From NCBI GenBank assembly GCA_965224085.1, contig CBDCYI010000011.1:1536001-1600000 (forward strand): a stretch of DNA of 64,000 nt. Reading direction: 5' to 3'. The position numbers were made by a program, and so were the translations under genes. This document shows, piece after piece, positions 38,644-47,430 of this stretch; positions within the stretch are counted from its first letter, which is position 1, and every line of letters starts with the position of its first letter. The stretch comes from Candidatus Marinacidobacterales bacterium. GTDB taxonomy: Bacteria > Acidobacteriota > Vicinamibacteria > Marinacidobacterales > SMYC01. Below the pieces are notes generated by a model, which was not told the origin of the DNA, searched no databases, and saw nothing but the letters and a program-made list of their open reading frames with translations.

Positions 38644-38729
38644 TGAAAACGCCAACGTACGAACAGCGTTACCAGGATGAAACTGCCCAGCACCACCGCT
38701 CCCACAAGCTGTGCGCGCGTGAGCCCCAT
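38640..38729 (-). CDS. Putative 29-aa single-TM small protein
   Basis: MGLTRAQLVGAVVLGSFILVTLFVRWRFQ*; fills the gap and its TGA overlaps the miaA ATG. Confidence 0.5.
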   Translation of the reverse strand: MGLTRAQLVGAVVLGSFILVTLFVRWRFQ

Positions 38730-38739
38730 GAAAGAGGAT

Positions 38740-39876
38740 CTATCCGGCAGCCTCGTTCTGCATCTCACGAAACAGCTGGATGAGCTGGCTCTCGTGGGAT
38801 GCGCCGAGCGTTCGCTTCACCGCAAGCAGCTCCGAGTAAAGCAGCTCGTTCAACGCCGAGATCAAGCGGTCGTGGCGTTCTCCCTCCGGAAGACGCTCGA
38901 GGTTTTGCTCGAGCTGTGCGGGATCGAGGGCTCCGCCCTGCCGCAAGCGAACCCGGTCGAAAAGAGAGCCCGGACGCTCTTTGAGCTCTTTCAAGTATTT
39001 CTCGAGGATGATCTCGGCAATCGGGCCGACCTCCTCCGACATATGTCGGAAAAGCCGACGAAACATTTCGTTGTAGAGCTCGACGACGGACGTGTAATCC
39101 TGACTGTCATCGAGTGTTTTCTGCAAAGTTGCTTGCGTCGGTCCATGCGATTTCAATACTCCGATGGCGAGAAAAGAATGAAGAACCTTTCGTGTCTCGG
39201 CCTCACCAATCTCGCTTTCTTGACAGATGTCGGAGATCGCACGCTCGCCGTCGGCAAGCTCGATGACGTGACGCTCGTGCGGGTCGAGTTCGACAGGTGG
39301 CTCCTTGTTCTCTCGATGGAGCACCGAATCCATGGACAGAAAGTGCTCTCGAATGGCACCGGTGCCGTCGGAGCGCCGGATGCCTTCCACGACGAGCTTT
39401 TCGACGTCGAGGTCGAAGGTGATTTTTTCCTTTCGGGGTTGTTCGTCTTCATCGAAATGAAAATAGCCATCTTCCCAGTTGAAGATGCTCCAGACGATCT
39501 CCTTCACTTGCTGCTCGATCGCCCACCAGAGATCTTTTGGCGACAAGACGCCGCTTTCTACGAGAGCTTTCCCGAGACGCTGCCCGCCTCGGATCATCTG
39601 CGAGAGGCGCAGATACTCATCCGCAGAAATCTTTCCGCCCCGCAGCAAAACTTCGCCCAGCCTGTCTTGGGTGAGGCTCGAAGCAGCAAAGACGAGCTTG
39701 CCGTCGAGGAAGTAGATGGATTTCCGCACGCCGGCATTCACGAGGGAGACGACCCCGGTGCGCTTCGCGTCCTTCAGAATAGAGAGCACCGTTGGGAGCC
39801 CGACATCGGAAAGTCGGCCCCGTAGCGTGCCACGCTCCGCGGTACTGTCGGCACTCCTTGCGTTGGACGAGCTCAT
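38740..39876 (-). CDS. DUF4388 (PATAN-like) domain protein
   Basis: LRGRLSDVGLPTVL, RLGEVL, IFNWEDGYFHF. Confidence 0.85.
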   Translation of the reverse strand: MSSSNARSADSTAERGTLRGRLSDVGLPTVLSILKDAKRTGVVSLVNAGVRKSIYFLDGKLVFAASSLTQDRLGEVLLRGGKISADEYLRLSQMIRGGQRLGKALVESGVLSPKDLWWAIEQQVKEIVWSIFNWEDGYFHFDEDEQPRKEKITFDLDVEKLVVEGIRRSDGTGAIREHFLSMDSVLHRENKEPPVELDPHERHVIELADGERAISDICQESEIGEAETRKVLHSFLAIGVLKSHGPTQATLQKTLDDSQDYTSVVELYNEMFRRLFRHMSEEVGPIAEIILEKYLKELKERPGSLFDRVRLRQGGALDPAQLEQNLERLPEGERHDRLISALNELLYSELLAVKRTLGASHESQLIQLFREMQNEAAG

Positions 39877-39906
39877 AAGCGTCAGGAAGACTGGGTAGAA
39901 CACATG

Positions 39907-42228
39907 CTAAGGGGTGCTTTGACCCTTGTCAACATCAGCGGAAGGCGAATTCTCGCCAGTGCGCGCGATGCGTGTGCCGGGATAGTAATGGCTCAGGATC
40001 TGCCGGTAGCTGTAGCCGGCCGATGCCATGCCGTAAGCCCCAACTTGGCACATCCCGACCCCATGCCCCCACCCGCGGCCGGTGAAGACCCAGCTCTCGG
40101 CGCCGCTTTCTTTCGAACGCTGGGCGTCGAGAAAAAACAAGTTCTCGCGAATGCCCAGGGTTCGCCGAACCGCAAGCCCCTCGACAACCGCCGAGCCTGC
40201 AGTCCCGATAATCTCGAGCTCGACGATACGGCCCGAGCGCCCATAGCGCTTCGGGCGCAGCTCCTGAACCGTTCCGACTCGGTGGCGCATATTCACGTCG
40301 CGCGATAGGTCTTCCTTGGTTTTGCGAACCACCCAGTGAGAAAAGCGCGAGCTCCGGTCGAAGCTCGCCCCGCCCGACAGCACAACGAGCACGTCGATAC
40401 CAGAATCGTCCAAGTGAAACAAGACTTGGTCACCGGCGAGCAGCGAGACACGCTCCATGTAGTACACGGTCTCGCCCGATTGACGGTACAAATAGCGCTG
40501 GCGTGCGAGAGCGGTCGCAACAACGTTGTCCTCTTCGCCGAGCCCGTCATCAGTTAAACGAATGCGGGCGCCGTCGACGCTCTCTATCGTTCCTCGGCGA
40601 AGGGGCGTCTCTCCGATCTGACTGACGAGCCGATAGAGCGTTCCCAATATCGTGGCATGTGAGAGCGGGGTCCCACGTGCGATACCCTGTGCGCCCGGAC
40701 GGATGAGGTCGCGCTGTATTGCGTAAGCCAAATGTCGACGTTCGGGATTCGAGAGGCCCGCATCCATGGCGAGTCTCGAGGCGTCTAGCTCCGAGATCAA
40801 GAACGGTAGGCGCCGCTCCCAACATAACCCGCCGGCGAGAAGCTCCGAAAGCGCGACCACGTCGAAAGGACCTGCTTCGCGGGCTCCGAAGCACGGCGAC
40901 TGCCCGATATGAGAGATGGCGCGCTCGACCCATAGACGCACGCTTGCCGCCGTCGCCGGTCCCTCGTTCTTTGCCGGGGCGATACCTAAACGCTCGAGCA
41001 TGGCGGCTTCGAGCGATAGCGGTCTTGGATTGGACGAGCTCATGACAGCGAGGCGCGATTCGAGAAAACAGGCGCGACTCACCAGATAGGGCTCGGGGTT
41101 TACGAATACGTTCTCAGCGTTCTCCGTCCGGCCACCACAGGTCGACGTGTAGAGCGCATCGACGAGCGCCCCGTTATACGTCAATACCTCTCCCGAAGTC
41201 TCGAGGACAGCCTCGCTCGCCATCGGTTGTTCTGCCGCAACACCTTGATAGACCTGGCAGGCGGGCGTCGCGCAGATGTCGTAACCTTCGGCGGCGAATT
41301 GCCCGCGCCGTTTCTGAACGTAGGTACGAGCGGCAAGGGCCTGAGCCTTGATGGCTTCTTTTTCCGGAAACACCGCGGGCGAGAGCTCGGCGGGTACAAC
41401 CCCTTTGAGATAGTCCTCGAGGTTCACGACGTTCACGACCGTGAAGAGATTCGAGGCATTTACGAAAACTTCCAAGTAGCCGCGATACGGACGGCCGTCG
41501 ACTTCGACGAAAGCGTTCGTGGATGCCGGCACGGCGTAAAGCGTGAGCCCGCTCGTCTCGATCGCGGGCTGTCCCGAAGTCCGCAGCACGACTGCTCGAG
41601 GACGCGCGACCCGCGACGGCTCACGCGTGACAGCGACCCCTTCGAAGCCGAGCGCCGTGAGCTCAGCCGCGCGGGCGCGCGCAGCACTCTCGGTGGTGAA
41701 CCCACCAACCCGCACCGCGAAACGCCCACTTCCCGGCTCGCGCCGCAAGACGATCTCGTCATCCAGCTCTTCACGCGTGCTCGCCTGTAGCGCCAACGCA
41801 ACCTCCTGGGTCGGGAACGAACCGAGCTGCAGCCGAAACACCGCTCCTTCGAGGACGCTCGAGCGCGCGGGCTCGATGAGAACGTCTTGCGTCTCGATGA
41901 GCCGTCTCGAGCCGCTGACACGGAAAGGACGAGAAGACGTGAGCCTCAAAGCCTCGGTGCGGGCCGAAAGACCGACGCGGATTCTCGGAGCGGGCGCGAG
42001 CCGGTCCATCTCCGAGGGTGTGAGCGGTGCCGCGGTCGGGGGGGGCGGCAACGTGCGCACGGAGTCCGGAGCCCCCCGCGCCGGTGATGGCGGGGGCGGG
42101 GGGAACGCCTTTGAAGGCTGCCCCGCCAGTGGAGGAGACGGCGGAACATTCGGAGGGTGTGGGGGGACGTCCTTTCCCCCACAGGCCAAAGCCAGCGCGA
42201 TCAGGAAAAAAGGTATGCTCTTAGCCAA
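39907..42228 (-). CDS. SpoIID/LytB domain lipoprotein with SPOR domain
   Basis: LALAC lipobox, LQLGSF, LEDYLKGVVPAE, AQALAARTY, GWGHGVGMCQ. Confidence 0.9.
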   Translation of the reverse strand: MAKSIPFFLIALALACGGKDVPPHPPNVPPSPPLAGQPSKAFPPPPPSPARGAPDSVRTLPPPPTAAPLTPSEMDRLAPAPRIRVGLSARTEALRLTSSRPFRVSGSRRLIETQDVLIEPARSSVLEGAVFRLQLGSFPTQEVALALQASTREELDDEIVLRREPGSGRFAVRVGGFTTESAARARAAELTALGFEGVAVTREPSRVARPRAVVLRTSGQPAIETSGLTLYAVPASTNAFVEVDGRPYRGYLEVFVNASNLFTVVNVVNLEDYLKGVVPAELSPAVFPEKEAIKAQALAARTYVQKRRGQFAAEGYDICATPACQVYQGVAAEQPMASEAVLETSGEVLTYNGALVDALYTSTCGGRTENAENVFVNPEPYLVSRACFLESRLAVMSSSNPRPLSLEAAMLERLGIAPAKNEGPATAASVRLWVERAISHIGQSPCFGAREAGPFDVVALSELLAGGLCWERRLPFLISELDASRLAMDAGLSNPERRHLAYAIQRDLIRPGAQGIARGTPLSHATILGTLYRLVSQIGETPLRRGTIESVDGARIRLTDDGLGEEDNVVATALARQRYLYRQSGETVYYMERVSLLAGDQVLFHLDDSGIDVLVVLSGGASFDRSSRFSHWVVRKTKEDLSRDVNMRHRVGTVQELRPKRYGRSGRIVELEIIGTAGSAVVEGLAVRRTLGIRENLFFLDAQRSKESGAESWVFTGRGWGHGVGMCQVGAYGMASAGYSYRQILSHYYPGTRIARTGENSPSADVDKGQSTP

Positions 42229-43510
42229 AGATGTCGTAAGGGCGCTCGTTGTACCAGAAAACGATTACGATATCGAAGGTCTCGTCGGGGTAGTCCGCGG
42301 GTAGCGGCATCAAATCAGCGCCTCGAATTGCGCCAACAGCGATATTGTCGAAACCAACCACTCCAGACGGAACGAGCGTCTGGTAAGAGAGGACCGCCCC
42401 GTCCCGGGCGACCTTGAAGCCCACCGCGACATGCCCCGCGTAGATGTTCGCCGCCCAGGGCATACCGGCCCGCCAAATTCTGCCGACTTCGCTCAACATA
42501 CGGCGGATCCAAGGCACGAAATTCGCGCCTTTGTCGTTGTAGTACATCGTGTTGTTGGTGTTGACAACGAGTCCGCCTTCCGGGTTGTGAAACTGGGCGC
42601 CCGCGAGAAAACGGCGGATGTCCGTGAAGTCACCGTTCTCGCCACCTTCACCGACTGGATTTCGCGTCGGCGCGGGCTGCGGCGGGCGCATCTGCCGCCG
42701 CCTGCGGGCTTCTGCTTCCGCTTGCTTCCGAGCTTGCTCTTCGAGATCCGGTGGATAGAAAAGGAAGTCGCCGGGCAATTCCGGATCGACGCCGCCGTCG
42801 GCGACCTCGGATCCCAACTCTTCCTCCAGGAGTCCGTCACCGTCTAGCTCGTCCTCGCCGGATTCGGCGAGCTCCGCCACTTCGGGAGGCGCCTCCTCTT
42901 CGGGAGTGCCTTCCGTTCCAGGATCCTCGACCTCCTCTTTTGTGTAGAACTCTTCCGTATTGCCGGACGAGAACGGCAAGTCGTTCATGATCTCGGGGCG
43001 CGTTTCCGGCGCCAGCATCGCTTTCGGGATCAAAAGGCGATTATCCGCCACTTGCGGCGGCGGCTCTGGCGGGGGCTGCGCCTCCGGGACAACCGGAACT
43101 GGAACGGCAGCGACAGGAGGTGCAACTTGTTCAGGCTGGGGCTCTTCCATGAAGAGCACGAGAGGCTCCTTTTTGTCGATCTCAGCGACCCTTTCTTTCT
43201 GGTCGATCGGCAAGTCGAAGAACTCGTTCAAATTGGGCTCGAGCAACATGAACACGAGCAGCACAACGTGCAAGACCGCAGAGACGCCGAAACCGGATCG
43301 CGGATCGCTCGCGAGCGGATCGCGGTCCTCGCCGCCGCGCTCGAGAAACTCGGCGGCGTCGTCAGGGTTGTCTAGCCATTGCGAGAAGAAGAAGTCCTCG
43401 GAGCCATCCTGGGAAATGAGGTTCTCGAAGCCGCTCGCGGTTTGGCGGAATGGATGGGGCTCGTGCGGCGCGGGCTGCTTAGGAAGGAAGGGCTGGCCCC
43501 GGCGGGTCAT
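42221..43510 (-). CDS. TonB/TolA C-terminal domain protein
   Basis: SAVLH TM anchor, Pro/Glu-rich linker, PSGVVGFD...PLPADYP; start uncertain. Confidence 0.75.
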   Translation of the reverse strand: MTRRGQPFLPKQPAPHEPHPFRQTASGFENLISQDGSEDFFFSQWLDNPDDAAEFLERGGEDRDPLASDPRSGFGVSAVLHVVLLVFMLLEPNLNEFFDLPIDQKERVAEIDKKEPLVLFMEEPQPEQVAPPVAAVPVPVVPEAQPPPEPPPQVADNRLLIPKAMLAPETRPEIMNDLPFSSGNTEEFYTKEEVEDPGTEGTPEEEAPPEVAELAESGEDELDGDGLLEEELGSEVADGGVDPELPGDFLFYPPDLEEQARKQAEAEARRRRQMRPPQPAPTRNPVGEGGENGDFTDIRRFLAGAQFHNPEGGLVVNTNNTMYYNDKGANFVPWIRRMLSEVGRIWRAGMPWAANIYAGHVAVGFKVARDGAVLSYQTLVPSGVVGFDNIAVGAIRGADLMPLPADYPDETFDIVIVFWYNERPYDIFG

Positions 43511-43592
43511 TCCCCGCCTCATTCCAGAACCTCGTTGCACGCGCACTCCCAATCGCCAACTGCCAACTGATTGAAGGGAAACGACCTACCGG

Positions 43593-43621
43593 ATTATAAC
43601 CATCGCCGATCGGCTGAGCAA
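43593..43621 (-). promoter_or_regulatory. Sigma-70 promoter
   Basis: TTGCTC-N17-TATAAT. Confidence 0.55.
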
Positions 43622-43646
43622 GAAGACCGACACAATCTTTACATCC

Positions 43647-44624
43647 TTAACGATTGGAGTCCTTTATCGCCCCGAGCGACTCCATCGACTCCATCGACTC
43701 CATCGACTCAATGATGCGTAGGGCAAGCTCCAACGCGCGTGTGCCATCCGCGCCGGTCACTCGGGGACTTCGACCCTCGGTCACCGATTCGAGAAAGTCT
43801 TCAAGTTCTCGTTTGAGCGGCTCTTCGTTGACGAGGGTCAGCTCTTTTCTCTCGATGTCGGGCTGCTCGCCAACGCCTTGGAAGATTCGGTAGCGGATAG
43901 CCTCTTGACTTTGGTAGTCGAGCGAAACGTAGCAATCGCGCTCGAAAACCCGAAGCTTTCGCACCTTTTCCTGCGAGACCCGGCTTGCAGTGATGTTGGC
44001 GACCGCCCCCCCTTGGAAGCGAAGACGTGCGTTGGCGATATCTACGCGCGGTGTCAGCACTGGGACACCGACGGCTTCGAGAGATACGACTTCCCTCCCC
44101 ACGAGCGACATGACGACGTCGAGATCATGGATCATCAAGTCCAGCACGACGTCGATGTCGAGACTGCGCGGGCTGAAGGAGGCGAGACGGTGAACCTCGA
44201 TGAAGCGCGGATCCTTCCGCTGGCTCAACAAGGCCTCGACCGCCGGGTTGTGACGCTCGGTGTGCCCCACAGCGAGGCACAGACCTCTATCCGCAGCCGC
44301 TTTCGTCATGCGCTCGGCCTGTGCTCGGGACGAGGCAATCGGTTTTTCTACGAGCACGTGGATCCCGGCTTCGAGAAGCTCGAGCGTCACCGCCTCGTGA
44401 TCGACCGTCGGGACCGCCACGCTCGCGGCGGAAACGTCCTTCACGAACTCCCGGAAATGGGTGACACCGCGAACCCCGTAGCTTGCCGCGACCCTCTGAG
44501 CGCGCTCGAGATCAGAATCGGCAACACCCACGAGCTCGGCACCGTCGAGCTCGGAGAAGACACGCGCGTGACGCGAGCCGAGCTGCCCGACCCCCACTAC
44601 GGCCACTTTGAGCCGCTCGGTCAA
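43647..44624 (-). CDS. Gfo/Idh/MocA oxidoreductase, GnnA-like
   Basis: GVGQLG, VEKPI, DLMIHD; directly downstream of lpxA-lpxI. Confidence 0.85.
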   Translation of the reverse strand: MTERLKVAVVGVGQLGSRHARVFSELDGAELVGVADSDLERAQRVAASYGVRGVTHFREFVKDVSAASVAVPTVDHEAVTLELLEAGIHVLVEKPIASSRAQAERMTKAAADRGLCLAVGHTERHNPAVEALLSQRKDPRFIEVHRLASFSPRSLDIDVVLDLMIHDLDVVMSLVGREVVSLEAVGVPVLTPRVDIANARLRFQGGAVANITASRVSQEKVRKLRVFERDCYVSLDYQSQEAIRYRIFQGVGEQPDIERKELTLVNEEPLKRELEDFLESVTEGRSPRVTGADGTRALELALRIIESMESMESMESLGAIKDSNR

Positions 44625-45449
44625 CTAGATCCCCACCACGGTGATCGCGCGCTCGTCCGCGTTTCTCAGAAGCGCTTCGCGCTCGAGAAGAAGCACGCGC
44701 CCGGTCTCGAGCCCGAGTGCAGTCGCTCCCGACGCCGTCATCGAGTCGATCGTCGTTGGTCCGATGACGGGGACGTCGAAGCGCATATCCTGTTGGGGCC
44801 GAGCCACTTTGACGACCGTGAGCGGTCCTTCGACAACATCACCCGCACGGAGGACGGCGGCATCGGTACCTTCCATGGCCTCCGCCGCCACCACGGTCTT
44901 GTTTTTGACAATGACTGTCTGCCCGATATCGAGCTCCGCGAGGCCGCGAGCCATCTCGACCCCGAAAACAAAATCCAAGCGCTCGCGCTTGTTCGGACCC
45001 CGCTTGGTCATCGGCCCCTTCGTCATCAGATGCGAGCGCAGCAGCAGCGTCGAATCGACAAGCTCAACCCCTTCCTCTCCGAGCACCTCCGCAAGGGTCT
45101 TCAACATCTCGTCGGTACTTCGTGACGAGAGCCTCGAGAGGACTTTGAGCGTGAGGCGATCCGGTCGCAGGATGTGAAAGGCGCTGACATGGCGGACGCG
45201 GCCCGCCATGATCGCTCGCGATACACCCGCATCGCCAAAAATCCGCACGCATTTCGAGAGCTGTCCGATACCGATCGTATGAAATGGCCCTGCGGCTTTT
45301 TTGGCGAGCTCGGGATCCGCCTCGCCTTCGATCGCGAGCGTCACGACTTCGATCCCGTGGCGCGCGGCTTCATCGAGCACTATGAAGGGAAACGCCCCTT
45401 CCCCGGCAATCAAGCCAATGGTCGAGGGAAGTGAGCTCGGCTCGGACAC
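44625..45449 (-). CDS. lpxI: UDP-2,3-diacylglucosamine diphosphatase LpxI
   Basis: GLIAG, DIGQ, EAMEGTD, QDMRFDVPVIG. Confidence 0.92.
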   Translation of the reverse strand: MSEPSSLPSTIGLIAGEGAFPFIVLDEAARHGIEVVTLAIEGEADPELAKKAAGPFHTIGIGQLSKCVRIFGDAGVSRAIMAGRVRHVSAFHILRPDRLTLKVLSRLSSRSTDEMLKTLAEVLGEEGVELVDSTLLLRSHLMTKGPMTKRGPNKRERLDFVFGVEMARGLAELDIGQTVIVKNKTVVAAEAMEGTDAAVLRAGDVVEGPLTVVKVARPQQDMRFDVPVIGPTTIDSMTASGATALGLETGRVLLLEREALLRNADERAITVVGI

Positions 45450-45465
45450 GCGTTTAGAGAAATCC

Positions 45466-46317
45466 TCAGTCCGCGTCCGAGTCCTCACGGCCGCGCTTGA
45501 CGATAACGCCTCGCTCGGAGCCACGCACGAAATCGATGATCGCGCGCACATCGGGGCTCACGTCGCACGCATCGGGATCATCACGCCCGTCAATATCATC
45601 AGGCCCATCAAGCTTGTCGAGCGCCTGAGAGACGTTGAGGCTCGATTGCTGGAGCGTGCGGAAAGCGGAGCGGATCTTTTCGATGCGGTCGCGGCCGAAT
45701 TCCCGTCGCTCGAGACCGACTGTGTTGGCCCCATAGAGTCGCGCACGATTGCCGACGGTTTTCGAAAACGGCAAGACATCTTTGGTGACGACCGAATAGC
45801 CTCCTACGAAAGCGTAGGTGCCCACGCGGCAGAACTGATGGACGCCGGAAAAAGCGCTCACCGTCGCGTGATCCTCCACGGTCACATGGCCGCCCAGGGT
45901 AGCCGCATTGCCGAAGATGGTGCCGCTGCCGATCTGGCAATCATGCGCCACATGGGTGTAGGCCATGAATAGATTTTTGTCGCCGATGACCGTGCGACTG
46001 CCACCGAGAGCGGTACCGCGATGAATCGTGACGAACTCGCGAAAAACGTTCTCGTTGCCGATCTCGAGAGTCGAGACCTCGCCTTCGAACTTCAGGTCCT
46101 GGGGCTCGAGACCAATCGAGGCAAACGGGAAAACGCGACACCGCTCGCCAATCTTCGTATAACCGTCGATGACGACATTCGAGTCGATGACGGTGTCCCG
46201 TTCGATCTCGACGTGCTCACCAATGACGGTATAGGGCCCGACGCGAACGCCCTCGGCGAGCCGCGCTCTATCGTGCACGACAGCCGTCGGGTGACACTCC
46301 ACAGCAGCGGTGCTCAT
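45466..46317 (-). CDS. lpxA: UDP-GlcNAc acyltransferase
   Basis: Hexapeptide repeats, PQDLK, REFVTIHRGT, HVAHDC, HQFCRVG. Confidence 0.95.
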   Translation of the reverse strand: MSTAAVECHPTAVVHDRARLAEGVRVGPYTVIGEHVEIERDTVIDSNVVIDGYTKIGERCRVFPFASIGLEPQDLKFEGEVSTLEIGNENVFREFVTIHRGTALGGSRTVIGDKNLFMAYTHVAHDCQIGSGTIFGNAATLGGHVTVEDHATVSAFSGVHQFCRVGTYAFVGGYSVVTKDVLPFSKTVGNRARLYGANTVGLERREFGRDRIEKIRSAFRTLQQSSLNVSQALDKLDGPDDIDGRDDPDACDVSPDVRAIIDFVRGSERGVIVKRGREDSDAD

Positions 46318-46754
46318 CCCGCGTCCACACCCGTCAGCACCAGCTCGGCTTCGGCCGCTAGCTGTTGTTCGACCTCGACGCGAGCCGCGAGCTTACGGAA
46401 ATTGCCGCGCGCTTTCGCGACCGTCACATGGATCTCGAGCCGATCCCCCGGAACGACCGGCCGTCGGAACTTGGCGTGATCGATGCTCACAAGATAAAAC
46501 GCTTTTCCTCGAGCGCTTCCGTCTGCCGGCAACACCATCAGCCCCCCCGCCTGCGCCATAGCCTCGAGGATCAAAACCCCGGGCATGACGGGCAAGTTGG
46601 GAAAGTGCCCCGCAAAGAATTCTTCGTTGATGGTGACGTTCTTTCGGGCGTGGATACGCTCGTCGGGTACGAGCTCGACGATCCTATCTAGCATCAGGAG
46701 CGGATAGCGATGCGGCAGCCGCTCCATGATCCACTGGATGTCCATCTCGGGCAT
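46314..46754 (-). CDS. fabZ: 3-hydroxyacyl-ACP dehydratase
   Basis: LPHRYP, GHFP, PGVLILEAMAQ. Confidence 0.95.
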   Translation of the reverse strand: MPEMDIQWIMERLPHRYPLLMLDRIVELVPDERIHARKNVTINEEFFAGHFPNLPVMPGVLILEAMAQAGGLMVLPADGSARGKAFYLVSIDHAKFRRPVVPGDRLEIHVTVAKARGNFRKLAARVEVEQQLAAEAELVLTGVDAG

Positions 46755-46777
46755 CAGGGATTCGTTGTCCGGCGGTC

Positions 46778-47377
46778 TTACTGTGGATTTGCCGGCGGGA
46801 CGCCTTGTTCGCCGGGCGGGGCCATCATCTCGTCGAGCTTCTTCACGATCAACGGGCTGATGTCGAGCGTCGGATCCAAGACGAAGGTCAGACCCGGCGT
46901 AACACGGAAGATGAGACCGATCCCATTTTCTTGTGCAACTTGCTCGACGACCGGCGCAACCTTTTCCTGGAACTTTGCTTCGCCATCCTGCCGCTTTGCT
47001 TCGAAATCTGCTTGAGCATCCTCGACCCACCGCTGGGCGTCGGTGCGCTTGCGCTCGATGTCCCGCTGGAGCCGCACTTTGGCGTCCTGCGACAAAATTT
47101 CGGAGTTCAGCTTGGTCTGCAAGTCAACGATCTCCTGCTGCAGCCGCTGGGTCTCGGTCGCGATCTTTTCGTTCTCGCCTCGGAGCGAGTCGAAAAGCGC
47201 TCTGCCTGCGGTGGATTCCGCCGCGATCCGGTCGATGTCGATGACTGCGATCTTGGTCGCGCCCGAGAGACCCTGAATCGGCGCCCCAGAAGCCTCCTGC
47301 GCAAGGGCGCCCGCATGCGCCACCGCAACGAACGCCATCGCCAAAGTGGCGATGCTAGCTACTCTCGATAAATTCAT
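46778..47377 (-). CDS. skp: OmpH/Skp periplasmic chaperone
   Basis: KIAVID, coiled coil, DIS; between bamA and fabZ. Confidence 0.85.
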   Translation of the reverse strand: MNLSRVASIATLAMAFVAVAHAGALAQEASGAPIQGLSGATKIAVIDIDRIAAESTAGRALFDSLRGENEKIATETQRLQQEIVDLQTKLNSEILSQDAKVRLQRDIERKRTDAQRWVEDAQADFEAKRQDGEAKFQEKVAPVVEQVAQENGIGLIFRVTPGLTFVLDPTLDISPLIVKKLDEMMAPPGEQGVPPANPQ

Positions 47378-47430
47378 GATTGCAGTTACTCCTATAAGTT
47401 CTTGTTGGGATCCGAGCTCCTCTTGACGTT

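Noticed and set aside
43677-43709. 9-bp repeat CGACTCCAT encoding ESM x3
   Set aside because: Low-complexity C-terminal tail; no sign of function
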